This document shows positions 35,590-46,800 of a DNA stretch of 64,000 nt, in pieces; within the stretch, counting starts at the first letter, position 1, and every line of letters starts with the position of its first letter. Below the pieces are notes generated by a model. It made no database searches and was not told the origin of the DNA. It saw nothing but the letters and a program-made list of their open reading frames with translations. Source of the stretch: Candidatus Binatia bacterium (GTDB lineage: Bacteria > Desulfobacterota > Binatia > UBA9968); contig DASXUF010000173.1 of assembly GCA_036504975.1 (NCBI GenBank), forward strand, positions 2,745-66,744. The letters run 5' to 3'. The position numbers and the translations under genes were made by a program.

Positions 35590-38500
35590 GTGGGTCTCTC
35601 CGACCGCATGGCCGAAGCCTTACAAGAATCTTATCAAGGCTTAGAGAGAAAAATTACCGAAAGAACGCGGGACCTTTCGGCCCTCTATGCGGCTCTGGCG
35701 CCTTTGGCGTCTGCGGATCCCACCCGCTTGCTTCAACAAATCGTGGAGCGGCTCAAAGAGGCAACGGGCGCCGACGCCGCGCTCATTCGTATTCTCGACA
35801 AAGAAACAAAATCTCTTCGTTCTCCGGCTCACGTCGGGTTTTCTTCCGCTTACTTGCAGTCGACGCAGGATCTCGACGAAGGCTCGGCCGTCCGCGCCGC
35901 CTTCACGTCGGGCGAGCCGATCATCGCGGCGGATATTTCAAAAGATTCGCGGCTGAAGGGTAAGAAGCAAATAGAGGCGGGATTTCGCTCGTGCGCTTTT
36001 CTGCCCCTGAAAGTATCCGGCGAGCTGCGCGGAGTCGTCCATCTTGCCAGTGGCAAGGCCGGGCACTTCAGCGCGGATAAGATGGACAACCTCATGGCGA
36101 TCGCCCGTCAAATGGGCGTGGCCATGGAGAATCGCGAGCTGCTCGAGGAAACCAAGCGGCGCGCGGAACAGCAGGAGGCATTGGTCAAGTCGCTGAGCTT
36201 GCTCATCGGCGCGTCGCAGAAGCTGGTTGCGCGGGTCGATATCGACACGCTGGCTCAAGATATTTTGACAACCGTCGTGACCTCTTTCGGCATACGTTTG
36301 GCTTGGATCGGCAGCGCCGAATCCGACGGCCGAGTACGCCCGCTTTATTGGGCGGGAGACGTAGCGGAGTATCTGAGGCACGTCGAAATCCGCTGGGACG
36401 ATTCCCCGCTTGGACAAGGACCCGCCGGACGCGCCATCCGGACCGGCCGGCCGGTTGTCATGGACGTTGCCACCGATCCTGGATTTGAGCCGTGGCGCAA
36501 GCCGGCTCTTGACCATGGCTATCGCGAGGTCGCCGCATTTCCTCTTATGCGCGGCGCCACGCCGTTCGGCCACCTGATTCTCTACAGCAGCCAAAACGGT
36601 TTTTTTACTTCCGAGCGAGTGGAATTGCTGCAAACCTACGCGAATATCGCCACCGGCGCCCTCGAGAGCGCCCGTCTCTTTGAAGAGACCAAGCGCCAGG
36701 CGCAGGAAAAAGCGGCTTTGAACACGATCGCCACGGCTGTGAGCCAGTCGCTCGACGTGCAACAGATCCTAAACATCGCCATCGAAAAAGTGCTGGAAGT
36801 TACCGGCCGCGAGCGGGGTTACATCCGACTTAAAGATCTGGTTACTGGCGAGGTCACGCTGGCGGCCCACAAGGGGATCTCCGAGGAGTACGCTAACGTT
36901 CTCATTCACCAAAGGACTCCGGGAGGCAAGACCGATCAGGTCTTTACAACCGGGAAGCCCGTGATCATCAACGATCCCACGGCGATACCGCTCAAAGGAG
37001 AGACGCGCCGCGAGGGGCAAAATGTCGTGGCTTGGATTCCTGTGAAGGCGCGCGGCGAAGTGATCGGGATTCTCAACGTCGCCTCGGCGCGGCTGGTCCC
37101 TTTCTCGACTCAGGAAGTGGAGCTGCTCCAATCGATCGGGAATGTTATTGGAGTAGCCCTGGAAAACGCCTGGCTCTATAAAGAGTCGCAGCAGCATCAC
37201 GATATCCAAAAGCTTCTGAAGGAGGTGAGCCAGGACGTTACGGTTCTCGGTCTCGACCGCTCGCTCACGAAGATCGCAGATAAGGTTCGGGAGATGTTTA
37301 AAGTCGACATCGCCGATTTCCGGATTATCGAGGCAGGGGCCGCGAAGTACATCGGCCGGTCGGGGCAATGGTCCGAGCTTCTCGTGGGATCCGGTAAGAT
37401 GAGAGGGCGGATGAAATGGATTTTAGAGCATCGAACTCCTCTCATCATTCCGGATATCAACGTAGAGACGAACCTTCCCAGCGGCGATTCTATCCGGCAT
37501 CTCGGCCTCAGGGGTTTTCTCGCGGTGCCTCTCTTGTCGAGGAGCGCGGAGGTCATCGGCGTTCTCAGAGCGCTGACTTATTTGCCCCGAGACTTTAGGC
37601 CGGAACAGGTCGATTTTCTCCAGCAGTTGGCCAACGGGGTGGCCATTGCGATCGAGAATGCGCGCCTCTTCGAAGAGACCGTGCAGCGGGCGCAAGAGCA
37701 GGCAGCTCTTAGCGCGATCGCGACGGCGACCAGCCAATCACTTCACATCGACGAAATGCTCCATTTAGCGTTGGACAAGGTGTTGGAGGTCACAGGGCGT
37801 GAAAAGGGTTACATCAGGCTGAAGGATCCACTCACCGGCGACGTCAAGTTAGCAGCCCACCGGGGCATCTCCGATAAATACGTCACGCTTCTGCAACGCC
37901 GGACTCCGGGCGGTAAAAGCGATCAGGTTTTTGAAACGGGAGAACCGGTCATCATCAACGCTCCCGAAAAAGCGCTTCTCAGGGAGGAAACCCGTGATGA
38001 AGGCAACAGCTCCATCGCCTGGATTCCACTGAAGGCGCATGGGAAAGTCGTGGGGATCCTCAACGTCTCTACGGCTCAATCGGGTTTTTTCACCTCGCGT
38101 GAGGTGGATCTCTTGCAGGCCATCGGAAACGTGATCGGAGTCGCGGTTGAAAACGGCTGGCTTTACCAGGAATCCCAGCGGCAGGAGGAGATTCAAAAAC
38201 TCCTGAAGGAATTGAGCCAGGACATCACCTCTCTCGACATCAAATCTTTTTTTCAAAAGGTCACGGACAAAGTCCGCGAATACTTCAAGGTCGATATCTC
38301 GGACATCCGGCTGATCGAGCAGGGCGGGATTCTGCCGCCGGTCGGCTTGTCGGGTGCAGATTCCAAGCCTCTGTACAAATTGGGCGGACTGAGGGGACGA
38401 GCCGGATGGATCGTCAAAAATCGGCGCGCCGCGGTTATTTCGGATACCTCGAAAGACACGACTATTCCGGCCGGCGATACGACGCGTGAGATCGGTATCC

Positions 38501-41064
38501 GCGGCTATCTCGCCGTGCCGCTGTTCGCGCGGAGCGGCGAGGTCATCGGCATTCTCAGGGCGCTCACTTATAAACCGCGCGAGTTCAGCCAGTCCGAAGT
38601 CGATCTCGTCCAGCAGTTGGCCAACGGCACCGCGATCGCACTCACCAATGCCCGCCTCTTCGAGGAGACCGAGCGCCGGGCGCGCGAGCAGGCGGCTCTC
38701 TATGGCGTGACCGCGGCGGTCAGCGGCTCTTTCGATATCGAACAGATTCTTCTCAAGGGTCTCGATGCGGTCCTCGAAGCGACCGGCATGGAAGGGGGAT
38801 ACATCCAGTTTCTTGATGGAAACCCTCCGAAGCTCGTCCTTAGAGCGCATCGCGGGATGTCCCAGACCTTCATCGCGAAGACTCGCGATGAAATTCGTCC
38901 GGGCGGCAAGACGCAGCAGATTATCGCGACGAAACAGCCCCTGGTGCTGGAAGATATCGCTCCCGATCACGGAAAATTTCAGGGCGAGAACATCACCGCC
39001 GCCGCGTGGGTGCCGATCGTGGCGAAAGACAAAGTGATCGCGGTTCTCGCCGTCAGCACCAAGACCAAACGCCATTTTCCCCAGGCCCAGCTCCCGCTCC
39101 TGGTCTCGATCGCCAACGCCCTCGGCGTGGCGCTGGAGAACGCCCGGCTGTTTCAGGAGACCGAGCGCAACCTCGAGCGCATCCGCGCGCTCCGAGAGAT
39201 CGACCAAGCCATTTCCTCGACCCTGGACCTGCGCAACGTCCTCGATGTTTTGCTCGAGAAGATCGATCTCTCCCTTCCCTACGCGACGGCTACCATCAGG
39301 CTGTTTAACAAAGAGAACGGCATGTTGGAGCCGGTCGCCTGCCGGAATCTGGACGAAAACGAATGGAAGCTCGAGCAATGGAAACCGGGCCGCGGCATCG
39401 CCAATGTCGTGTTCGAGACCAAGACCCCTTTGATCATCCCGAACGCGCAGGCCGACCCGCGCGTGCTCGACGCCGAGTTTTACCGCAAGCACAGGCTCAC
39501 CTCCTATGTCGGCGTTCCGTTGATCGTGAAAGAGGAGGCGCTTGGGGTGCTTGGGTTTTACACCAAGGAGGAGCACGACTTCACCGGCGAGGAAGTCGAT
39601 TTTCTCGCCACCCTGGCGGGTCAGGCGGCGATCGCCATTCACAATTCGCAGCTCTACGAGAATGCCCGCCTTAGAGAAAAGCAACTGGAGGAAACCAACC
39701 GGATGCTTTCGGCGCTCCATGCGGTGGCGGCGACGGCGAGCCAATCGCTGGATCTGGATCGGGTCTTTCAATCGGCCATCGGGAAGATCACCGACATTTT
39801 CGGCTTCGACGCCACCCATATTCATATCTACAACGAGCGCACGGACGAGCTGGCGTTAAGAGCCAGTTTCGAGAGCGATCCGAATCGTTTCGTCCCGGTC
39901 CAGTCCTTCCAGAGGGGCCAAGGCATTGTCGGCGAGGTGGCGGAATCGGGCCGATCTATGATCTTTGAAGACGTTCAGACCGATCCCACATACCAAAAGC
40001 TCAGCCGCAGCAAGACCTCGGGCTGTGCCGGCTATCATCTTTTCGCGGTCTTCCCGATCAAGGGCAAGCTGAGAAACTTGGGCACTCTGGCATGCACCGG
40101 CATAGACCCGCGAAAATTGACTCCGGGCGAAATCCAACTCCTCGAGGCGGTCGCGGACCAAGTCGCCGTGGCGATCGAAAACGGCCAGCTTTACGAGCAG
40201 CTCCGACAGAAGGTCGAAGAGCTGATGCAGGCGAACAAAGTCAAAGACGAATTCTTGAGCGTCATGTCGCATGAGCTGAGGACGCCGCTGAACGTGGTCA
40301 TGGGCTACGCGGCGATGATCAAGGACGAGATGCTGGGGGTCGTCAATCTGGAGCAGAAGCGGGCGTTGGAGAAAGTCATCAGCCGCTCGAGCGATCTTTT
40401 GAACATGATCACAAGCATTCTCTACGCCACCAGCATTGAGGCCAAAGAGGTCCGGGTGCAAAACAGCGAGTTCGGCTTGAGCGATCTGCTCGACGAGCTC
40501 AAGAGAATCTACGACATCTCTCTGCTCAAGCCGATTGCGCTCGACTGGGATTACGCTCCCGGCTTGCCTCAGGTGTTTTTGGATCGCGACAAAGCGCGGG
40601 TCGTACTGCAGAAACTCATCGACAATGCGACCAAATTCACCGAGACCGGCGGCGTCACCGTCACCGCGCGCCTGAGCGAGGGCCGGAAGCAGAATCCGGA
40701 AAACAGTCGGCGCGAGGCGCCGCTTCCCGAACCTGCCAACGGCTGGTTGTTCTTGGAGCCGCCGTGGCTGGAAGTGAAGGTGACCGATACCGGGGTGGGA
40801 ATAGCCAAGGACAAGCTCCCCGTTATCTTCGACAAGTTCCGCCAGGCCGACAGCTCGGAGACCCGGCGTTATGGCGGCGTCGGCCTGGGACTTTATATCG
40901 CCAAGCACTTCACCGAATTGCTGGGCGGTCATATCGAAGTCGAGACGGAGGAAGGAAAAGGATCGATTTTTACACTCAAGGTACCGTGCCCGATCTTGCC
41001 GTCGTCGGCGAGTTCAAAGAGCGAAAATATCGAATTGACCGGCCATGTGTCCCAGATTCACTAA
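35590..41064 (+). CDS. cytoplasmic sensor histidine kinase with nine tandem GAF domains + HisKA + HATPase_c (HK1)
   Basis: 1824 aa. Nine repeats, each ending in a linker of the form ...IENARLFEET... C-terminal H-box LSVMSHELRTPLNVVMGYAAMI and G1/G2 boxes (DTGVGI, GGVGLGLYIAKHF). No TM or receiver domain. Confidence 0.85.
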   Translation: MGLSDRMAEALQESYQGLERKITERTRDLSALYAALAPLASADPTRLLQQIVERLKEATGADAALIRILDKETKSLRSPAHVGFSSAYLQSTQDLDEGSAVRAAFTSGEPIIAADISKDSRLKGKKQIEAGFRSCAFLPLKVSGELRGVVHLASGKAGHFSADKMDNLMAIARQMGVAMENRELLEETKRRAEQQEALVKSLSLLIGASQKLVARVDIDTLAQDILTTVVTSFGIRLAWIGSAESDGRVRPLYWAGDVAEYLRHVEIRWDDSPLGQGPAGRAIRTGRPVVMDVATDPGFEPWRKPALDHGYREVAAFPLMRGATPFGHLILYSSQNGFFTSERVELLQTYANIATGALESARLFEETKRQAQEKAALNTIATAVSQSLDVQQILNIAIEKVLEVTGRERGYIRLKDLVTGEVTLAAHKGISEEYANVLIHQRTPGGKTDQVFTTGKPVIINDPTAIPLKGETRREGQNVVAWIPVKARGEVIGILNVASARLVPFSTQEVELLQSIGNVIGVALENAWLYKESQQHHDIQKLLKEVSQDVTVLGLDRSLTKIADKVREMFKVDIADFRIIEAGAAKYIGRSGQWSELLVGSGKMRGRMKWILEHRTPLIIPDINVETNLPSGDSIRHLGLRGFLAVPLLSRSAEVIGVLRALTYLPRDFRPEQVDFLQQLANGVAIAIENARLFEETVQRAQEQAALSAIATATSQSLHIDEMLHLALDKVLEVTGREKGYIRLKDPLTGDVKLAAHRGISDKYVTLLQRRTPGGKSDQVFETGEPVIINAPEKALLREETRDEGNSSIAWIPLKAHGKVVGILNVSTAQSGFFTSREVDLLQAIGNVIGVAVENGWLYQESQRQEEIQKLLKELSQDITSLDIKSFFQKVTDKVREYFKVDISDIRLIEQGGILPPVGLSGADSKPLYKLGGLRGRAGWIVKNRRAAVISDTSKDTTIPAGDTTREIGIRGYLAVPLFARSGEVIGILRALTYKPREFSQSEVDLVQQLANGTAIALTNARLFEETERRAREQAALYGVTAAVSGSFDIEQILLKGLDAVLEATGMEGGYIQFLDGNPPKLVLRAHRGMSQTFIAKTRDEIRPGGKTQQIIATKQPLVLEDIAPDHGKFQGENITAAAWVPIVAKDKVIAVLAVSTKTKRHFPQAQLPLLVSIANALGVALENARLFQETERNLERIRALREIDQAISSTLDLRNVLDVLLEKIDLSLPYATATIRLFNKENGMLEPVACRNLDENEWKLEQWKPGRGIANVVFETKTPLIIPNAQADPRVLDAEFYRKHRLTSYVGVPLIVKEEALGVLGFYTKEEHDFTGEEVDFLATLAGQAAIAIHNSQLYENARLREKQLEETNRMLSALHAVAATASQSLDLDRVFQSAIGKITDIFGFDATHIHIYNERTDELALRASFESDPNRFVPVQSFQRGQGIVGEVAESGRSMIFEDVQTDPTYQKLSRSKTSGCAGYHLFAVFPIKGKLRNLGTLACTGIDPRKLTPGEIQLLEAVADQVAVAIENGQLYEQLRQKVEELMQANKVKDEFLSVMSHELRTPLNVVMGYAAMIKDEMLGVVNLEQKRALEKVISRSSDLLNMITSILYATSIEAKEVRVQNSEFGLSDLLDELKRIYDISLLKPIALDWDYAPGLPQVFLDRDKARVVLQKLIDNATKFTETGGVTVTARLSEGRKQNPENSRREAPLPEPANGWLFLEPPWLEVKVTDTGVGIAKDKLPVIFDKFRQADSSETRRYGGVGLGLYIAKHFTELLGGHIEVETEEGKGSIFTLKVPCPILPSSASSKSENIELTGHVSQIH

Positions 41065-41108
41065 GGCGGTTGCGGCTTCGTCGTTTCGACCGCCGGCGCG
41101 CTAAATCT

Positions 41109-43796
41109 ATGCGGCAAAAACTCGTACAGTTAACGCTCGGCAACATCGCGGGTCGCCTCTGGTCGCTCCTGCCCTCGGGCGGCTCCCTGCCCGACGAGGT
41201 CTGGCGCAACCGGCACCGCTTTCTCGTCGGGCTCACGTGGTTCCATGCGGTCATCATCGCTCTTCTGGGGCTGATATTGAGCGAAAACTGGGAAGTGAGC
41301 CTGAGCGCGATTTACCATGAAGACACCCTGCTCCACGCGGTTTCCGAAGGATTGCTGGTCGGCGGGTTTGCGTTCTTGGGCAGCAGGCTCAAAGCCAGTC
41401 GCGCCTTGCGCGCCGCGCTCGTGGGCTTGGGACTGATCAGTTCCTCCGCCATTCTCGTGCATCTTTTTGGCGGCTACATCGAGCTTCATTTCCACTTCTT
41501 TGTCATGCTCACCTTTCTCGCGCTCTACCAGGATTGGTTCCCCTTCGGACTATCGATCTTGTACGTCGCGGTGCATCACGGCGTGGTGGGCGTCCTGTGG
41601 CCCACGGAAGTCTACAATCATCCCGCGGCGATCGAATCTCCCTGGACGTGGGCCGGCATCCACGCTTTCTTCGTGCTCTGGGCTTCCGTCGGAAGCGTGA
41701 TCGCCTGGCGTCTGAACGAGGCGGCGATCGCCCGCACCAAACTCATTTTGAACTCGGCCGGCGAAGGCATCTTCGGCGTCGACGCCGACGGCAAAGCTAT
41801 TTTCGTGAATCCGGCGGCGGAGAAGATGCTCGGCTATCAGATGACGGATCTGAACGGCCGGAGCATGCACGACGTTCTGCGCCATGCGCGAGCGGATGAG
41901 ACGCCATGCGCCGGTGAAGAATGCCCCGTATGCGCCGTGTTGAAGGACGCGACCGTCCACCAGGCAAGCGAGGAAGTGTTCCGGAGTAAGGACGGCACGG
42001 GCTTCCCCGTGGATTACGTGAGCACACCCATCATCGAAGGCGGGGAATTGCGCGGCGCCGTCGTGACTTTTCGAGACGTGAGCCAGCGCCAGCAAGCGGA
42101 GAGGGCGCAGAGAGAAAGCGAGCTCCGATTTCGCCAGATGGCTGAGAACATCAAGCAGGTTTTTTGGATAACCGATACGCTGACTAACGCGTGGCTCTAC
42201 GTCAGTCCCGCCTACGGTGAAATATGGGGGCGCAGCGCCGAAGCGCTCGGCCCGATGGCCCAGTCCTGGCTTGGCGCGATCCACCCGGAAGATCTCGAGC
42301 GGGTGCTCGCCGCCGTACGAACGAAGCAGGTCACGGGAAGCTACGACGAGGAGTACCGGATCGTGCGGCCCGACGGATCGATCCGTTGGATTCGCGACCG
42401 TGCCTTTCCGGTAAGAAACGACTCGGGCAGGAACTATCGCGTCGCGGGCATCGCCGAGGACATCACCGAGCGCAAGCGCGCGGAAGAGGACGCGGAGCGC
42501 AATTTGGAGCGCTTGCGGGCGCTCAGGGATATCGATCATGCCATTTCTTCGAGTCTGGATCTCCGGACGGTCCTCGCCGTGCTGATGGAGAAGATCGATC
42601 TCGTTCTGCCTTATGCCGTCGTTACCGTGAGGCTTTTCAATAAGGCGAGCGGCCTGCTCGAGCCCGTCGCCTGCCGAAACCTGGACGAAAACGAATGGAA
42701 AGAAGCTCAGTGGAGAGGCGGGCGGGGCATCAGCAACGTCGTGTTCGAGGGCAAGGCGCCGCTCATCATCCGGGACACCCTGGCCGACGCTCGAGTCGTG
42801 GACGGTGAATTTTACCGCAAGCATAGCCTGATTTCATACGTCGGGGTTCCATTGACCGTCAAAGAAGACACTCTAGGCGTGCTCGGCTTCTACACCAAAG
42901 AGGAGCACGATTTTACCGGCGAGGAAGTCGAGTTTCTCATGACGCTCGCCGGCCAGGCGGCCGTCGCGATCCATAATTCCCAGATCTACGAGGAGATGGC
43001 GCAATTGGCGGTCGACTTGGCGAGCTCCAACAAGGTGAAGGACGAATTCTTGAGCGTGATGTCGCATGAGCTGAGAACGCCGCTGAACGTGGTGATGGGC
43101 TATGCAGCGATGATCAAAGACAAGCTGCTCGGCGAGGTGAGTCCGGAGCAGAGCCATGTCCTGGATAAGTTGATGAGCCGGATGCGCTCCCAACTGGATA
43201 TGGTCAACGGCATCCTGCAGGCGACCCAGATCCAGGCGCACAATGTCACGATCGATCAAGAAGAGGTGAGCGTGGCCAATCTTTTAAACGAGCTTCAATT
43301 GGCTTACAGGGCTGCCCTGGACAAGCCGGTCAAGCTCATCTGGGACTATTCCCCGGATTTGCCTGCGATCCAGAGCGACGGCAAGAAGTTGAAGCAGATT
43401 CTGGCGAACCTGGTGGATAACGCCATCAAGTTCACCGACGAAGGCCGCGTCACCGTCTCTGCCAGAGTAAAGGAAGGCGACAAGGCTGTGGAGTTGCGGG
43501 TCGAGGACACCGGCCGCGGGATTCCGGCCGAAGCGCTGCCCATTATTTTCGAAAAATTTCGCCAGGCGGATAGCTCGGAGACGCGCCTCCACGGCGGGAT
43601 CGGTCTGGGACTCTACATCGCCAAGAACTTCGCCGAGCTTCTCGGCGGCGCGATCAAAGTCGAGACCGCGGTGGGGAAGGGGTCGGTCTTTACCGTGACG
43701 ATCCCGTGCTCGGAGCATTCGTCGAAAACATATCCTCCGGGAGACAAATCGACGGCGAGCGGTCACGCCCGGGAGTTCGGGCCGGTGTCGTTTTAG
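41109..43796 (+). CDS. membrane sensor histidine kinase: His-rich polytopic TM domain + 2 PAS (one Cys-rich) + GAF + HisKA + HATPase_c (HK2)
   Basis: Real start MRQKLVQLTL at 41109; the upstream 115 codons of the 1010-aa track ORF overlap HK1. TM region with many conserved His. PAS with PCAGEECPVC. Confidence 0.85.
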   Translation: MRQKLVQLTLGNIAGRLWSLLPSGGSLPDEVWRNRHRFLVGLTWFHAVIIALLGLILSENWEVSLSAIYHEDTLLHAVSEGLLVGGFAFLGSRLKASRALRAALVGLGLISSSAILVHLFGGYIELHFHFFVMLTFLALYQDWFPFGLSILYVAVHHGVVGVLWPTEVYNHPAAIESPWTWAGIHAFFVLWASVGSVIAWRLNEAAIARTKLILNSAGEGIFGVDADGKAIFVNPAAEKMLGYQMTDLNGRSMHDVLRHARADETPCAGEECPVCAVLKDATVHQASEEVFRSKDGTGFPVDYVSTPIIEGGELRGAVVTFRDVSQRQQAERAQRESELRFRQMAENIKQVFWITDTLTNAWLYVSPAYGEIWGRSAEALGPMAQSWLGAIHPEDLERVLAAVRTKQVTGSYDEEYRIVRPDGSIRWIRDRAFPVRNDSGRNYRVAGIAEDITERKRAEEDAERNLERLRALRDIDHAISSSLDLRTVLAVLMEKIDLVLPYAVVTVRLFNKASGLLEPVACRNLDENEWKEAQWRGGRGISNVVFEGKAPLIIRDTLADARVVDGEFYRKHSLISYVGVPLTVKEDTLGVLGFYTKEEHDFTGEEVEFLMTLAGQAAVAIHNSQIYEEMAQLAVDLASSNKVKDEFLSVMSHELRTPLNVVMGYAAMIKDKLLGEVSPEQSHVLDKLMSRMRSQLDMVNGILQATQIQAHNVTIDQEEVSVANLLNELQLAYRAALDKPVKLIWDYSPDLPAIQSDGKKLKQILANLVDNAIKFTDEGRVTVSARVKEGDKAVELRVEDTGRGIPAEALPIIFEKFRQADSSETRLHGGIGLGLYIAKNFAELLGGAIKVETAVGKGSVFTVTIPCSEHSSKTYPPGDKSTASGHAREFGPVSF

Positions 43797-43820
43797 CAAA
43801 GCGTCGCGCTGGAAAAGATT

Positions 43821-46800
43821 GTGAAGTCCAAGAAAAAAACTGCTGCGCTCGCCGAAAGAATCGCCGAAAGGAATTCCGATCTTTCCGCTCTCGCCCGAGA
43901 ACAACAGGCGCTCAACATGATCGCCCAGGCCGTCAGTCAATCGCTGCACCGCGACGAGCTGCTGGAGATCGCGCTCGACAAGGTTCTGGAGGTCACCGGC
44001 CGCGAGCGGGGAACGATCAGGCTCAAAGATTCGGTCACCGGCGACGTCAAGCTGTCGGCCCACCGCGGCTTCTCCGAAGAGGAAATAGCGGAGCTGCGTC
44101 GCAACATGCCGCATCGAATCAGCGAGCAGATTTTTGCTTCCGGCCAGCCGCTCGTCGTCAACGATCGGGCGGAGCTCCGTAACACGCAGTCTCTGTTGCC
44201 CCAAAGCCGCTCGGTCGCCTGGATCCCGATCAAGGCGCGGCAAAAAGTCGTCGGCGTGCTCGGGGTTTCCGCGGGCCGGCCCATACCATTTAGGCAACGC
44301 GAGGTCGATCTTCTTCAGGCGGTTGGCAGCGTCATCGGCGTCGCGATCGAAAATGCCCGGCTCTTCGAAGAAACCGGACGCCGGGCGCGCGAGCTGGCCG
44401 CGCTGCATGCGGTGACGGCCGCGGTCAGCGGCTCTTTCGATCTCGATCAGATTCTCCTCAAGGGTCTCGACGCGGTCCTCGAAGTAACGGAAATGGAAGT
44501 GGGTTACATCCAGTTTCTCGATGGCCACCCGCCCAGGCTTCTCCTCAAGGCGCATCGCGGCATGTCCGAATTGTTTCTCACGAGGTTCCAGGGCCGAGTT
44601 CGTCCGGGCGGCAAGACCGAGCAGATCATCGCGACGCGACAACCGCTGGTGCTGGAAAATATTCCCGCCGATCACGTGGGAAAATTCTCGGGCGAAAGAG
44701 TCACCGCGGCGGCGTGGGTGCCGATCACGTCGAAGGACAAAGTCATCGGCGTTCTCACCATCAGCACCAAAACCAGACCGACCTTTCCCCTGGCCCACCT
44801 TCCGCTGTTGGCCTCGATCGGCAATACGCTCGGGGTCGCGCTGGAGAACGCCCGGCTTTTCGAAGAAACCAAACAGCGCGCTCACGAGCAAGCGGTGCTC
44901 TCCGCGGTTGCCATGGCGATGAGCGAGTCGCTTCAGCTCGACGAGCTTCTGCGGATCGCGTTGGACCGGGTGCTCGAGGTCACCGGGAGGGAGCAAGGAT
45001 ATATACGGCTAAAAGATCCCGTCACCGGCAACCTAACGCTCGCCGCCCACCGCGGCGTTTCGGAAAATTATCTCCAAACGCTGCTGCATGGGCGCACGCC
45101 GGGCGGCAAGAGCGACCGCGTTTTCAAATCGGGGGAGCCGCTGGTCATCAACGATCCCGAAGGCTTTCAGCTCAAGGAACAGACCCGCCGCGAAGGAAAC
45201 CGCTCCTTCGTATGGGTTCCGTTAAAGGTGGGAGGAAAAACGGTCGGCATCGTGAACGTCTCGACGAGCCGGCCGCTTCCGTTCCAGCCGCGAGAAGTGG
45301 AGCTTTTGAAGGCGATCGGCAACGTGATCGGCGTGGCGCTGGAGAACGCGCGTCTCTTCAACGAAACCGAGCGGAGTCTGGAGCGCATCCGGGCGCTGAG
45401 AGAAATCGACCAGGCCATCACCACGAGTCTGGATCTGCGCACGATCCTGGACGTGCTGATGGAAAAAATCGATCTCGTCCTCCCGTACGCCGCGGCGACG
45501 GTGCGATTGCATAACAAGGAAAGCGGCTTCTTGGAACCCGTCGCCTGCCGAAACCTGGACGAAGAAGAATGGAAGAAAGCGCAGTGGAAAGGCGGACGGG
45601 GCATCGCCAACGTCGTTTTCGAAAAGCGGGCGCCGCTGATTATCCGCAACGCCCAGGCGGACGCGCGCGTGCTCGACGCCGCGTTTTACCGCAAGCACAG
45701 CCTGACCTCATACGTGGGAGTTCCCTTGCGGGTCAAGGACGAGGTCCTGGGGGTGCTCGGTTTCTACACCAAAGAGGAGCACGAATTCACCGGCGAGGAG
45801 GTCGAGTTCCTGATGACGCTGGCGGGGCAGGCGGCCATAGCGATCCACAAGTCCCAGCTTTACGAGGAGGCGCGTACTCGGGAAAAGGAAATGCAAGAAA
45901 CCAACCGCATGCTCTCGGCGTTGCATGCGGTGGCCGCCGCGGCGAGCCAATCGCTGGACCTCGACCGGGTCGTGCGCGCGGCGATCGAGAAAATTACCGA
46001 AATATTAGGCTTCGACGCGACGCAAATCCACGTTTACAACGGGCGCTCGGACGAGCTGGTCATGCGCGCCTACTACGAGATGGACCCGAAACTTTTCGTT
46101 TCGGTCCGAGCATTTAAGGTCGGACAAGGCATCGTCGGCAAAGTGGCCGAATCGGGCCAGCCGTTGATCTTCGAGGACGTCCTTACCGATCCGTTGTATC
46201 AAAGTCTCAGCCGCACGAAAGCGTCGTACCAGTTGGGCTATCATTTCTTTGCCGTCTTTCCGATTCGCGGCAAGCTCAGAAGCTTGGGCACGCTCGCCTG
46301 CACCGGCATCGACTCCCGGCGTTTGAGCTCCGGCGAGGTCCAACTGCTCGAGGCTATGGCGGACCAGATTGCCGTGGCGATAGAAAACACCGGGCTCTAC
46401 GAGCAGTTGACGCAGAAAGTCGACGAGCTGCAATTCAAGACCGAAGAGCTCCAGCGCGCCAACAAAGTCAAGGACGAATTCTTGAGCGTGATGTCGCACG
46501 AGCTCCGAACGCCGCTGAACGTCGTCATGGGTTATACCGCGATGATCAAGGACCAGATGGTCGGCGCGGTGAATCCGGAGCAGAGTCAAATTCTGGAGAA
46601 GCTGATGAGCCGCGTGCGCTCTCAGCTCGACATGGTCAACAGCATATTGCAGGCGACCCAGATTCAGGCGGCTACCGTCGCTCTCGAGCGCGAAGAAGTC
46701 AAGTTGAAAGATCTTCTCGACGGTCTCAAATCGGACCACAGCGCCAATTTGACCAAGCCCCTGACTCTGATCTGGGACTATCCACGGGACTTGCCCGCGA

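Noticed and set aside
37849-39825. Long antisense ORFs inside the kinase genes (e.g. 37849-39825, 43284-44996, 46005-47039, 41550-42824) and inside SBP/MoeA genes (7634-8524, 12337-13884, 8560-9423)
   Set aside because: Typical high-GC antisense open frames. They are Arg/Asp/Gly-rich, have no domains, and are fully embedded in well-supported sense genes.
40764-43796. 1010-aa ORF apparently overlapping HK1 by 300 nt
   Set aside because: The first 115 codons lie inside the HK1 reading region and read as low-complexity Arg/Gly. The genuine start is ATG 41109 (MRQKLVQLTL), giving a non-overlapping 895-aa kinase.
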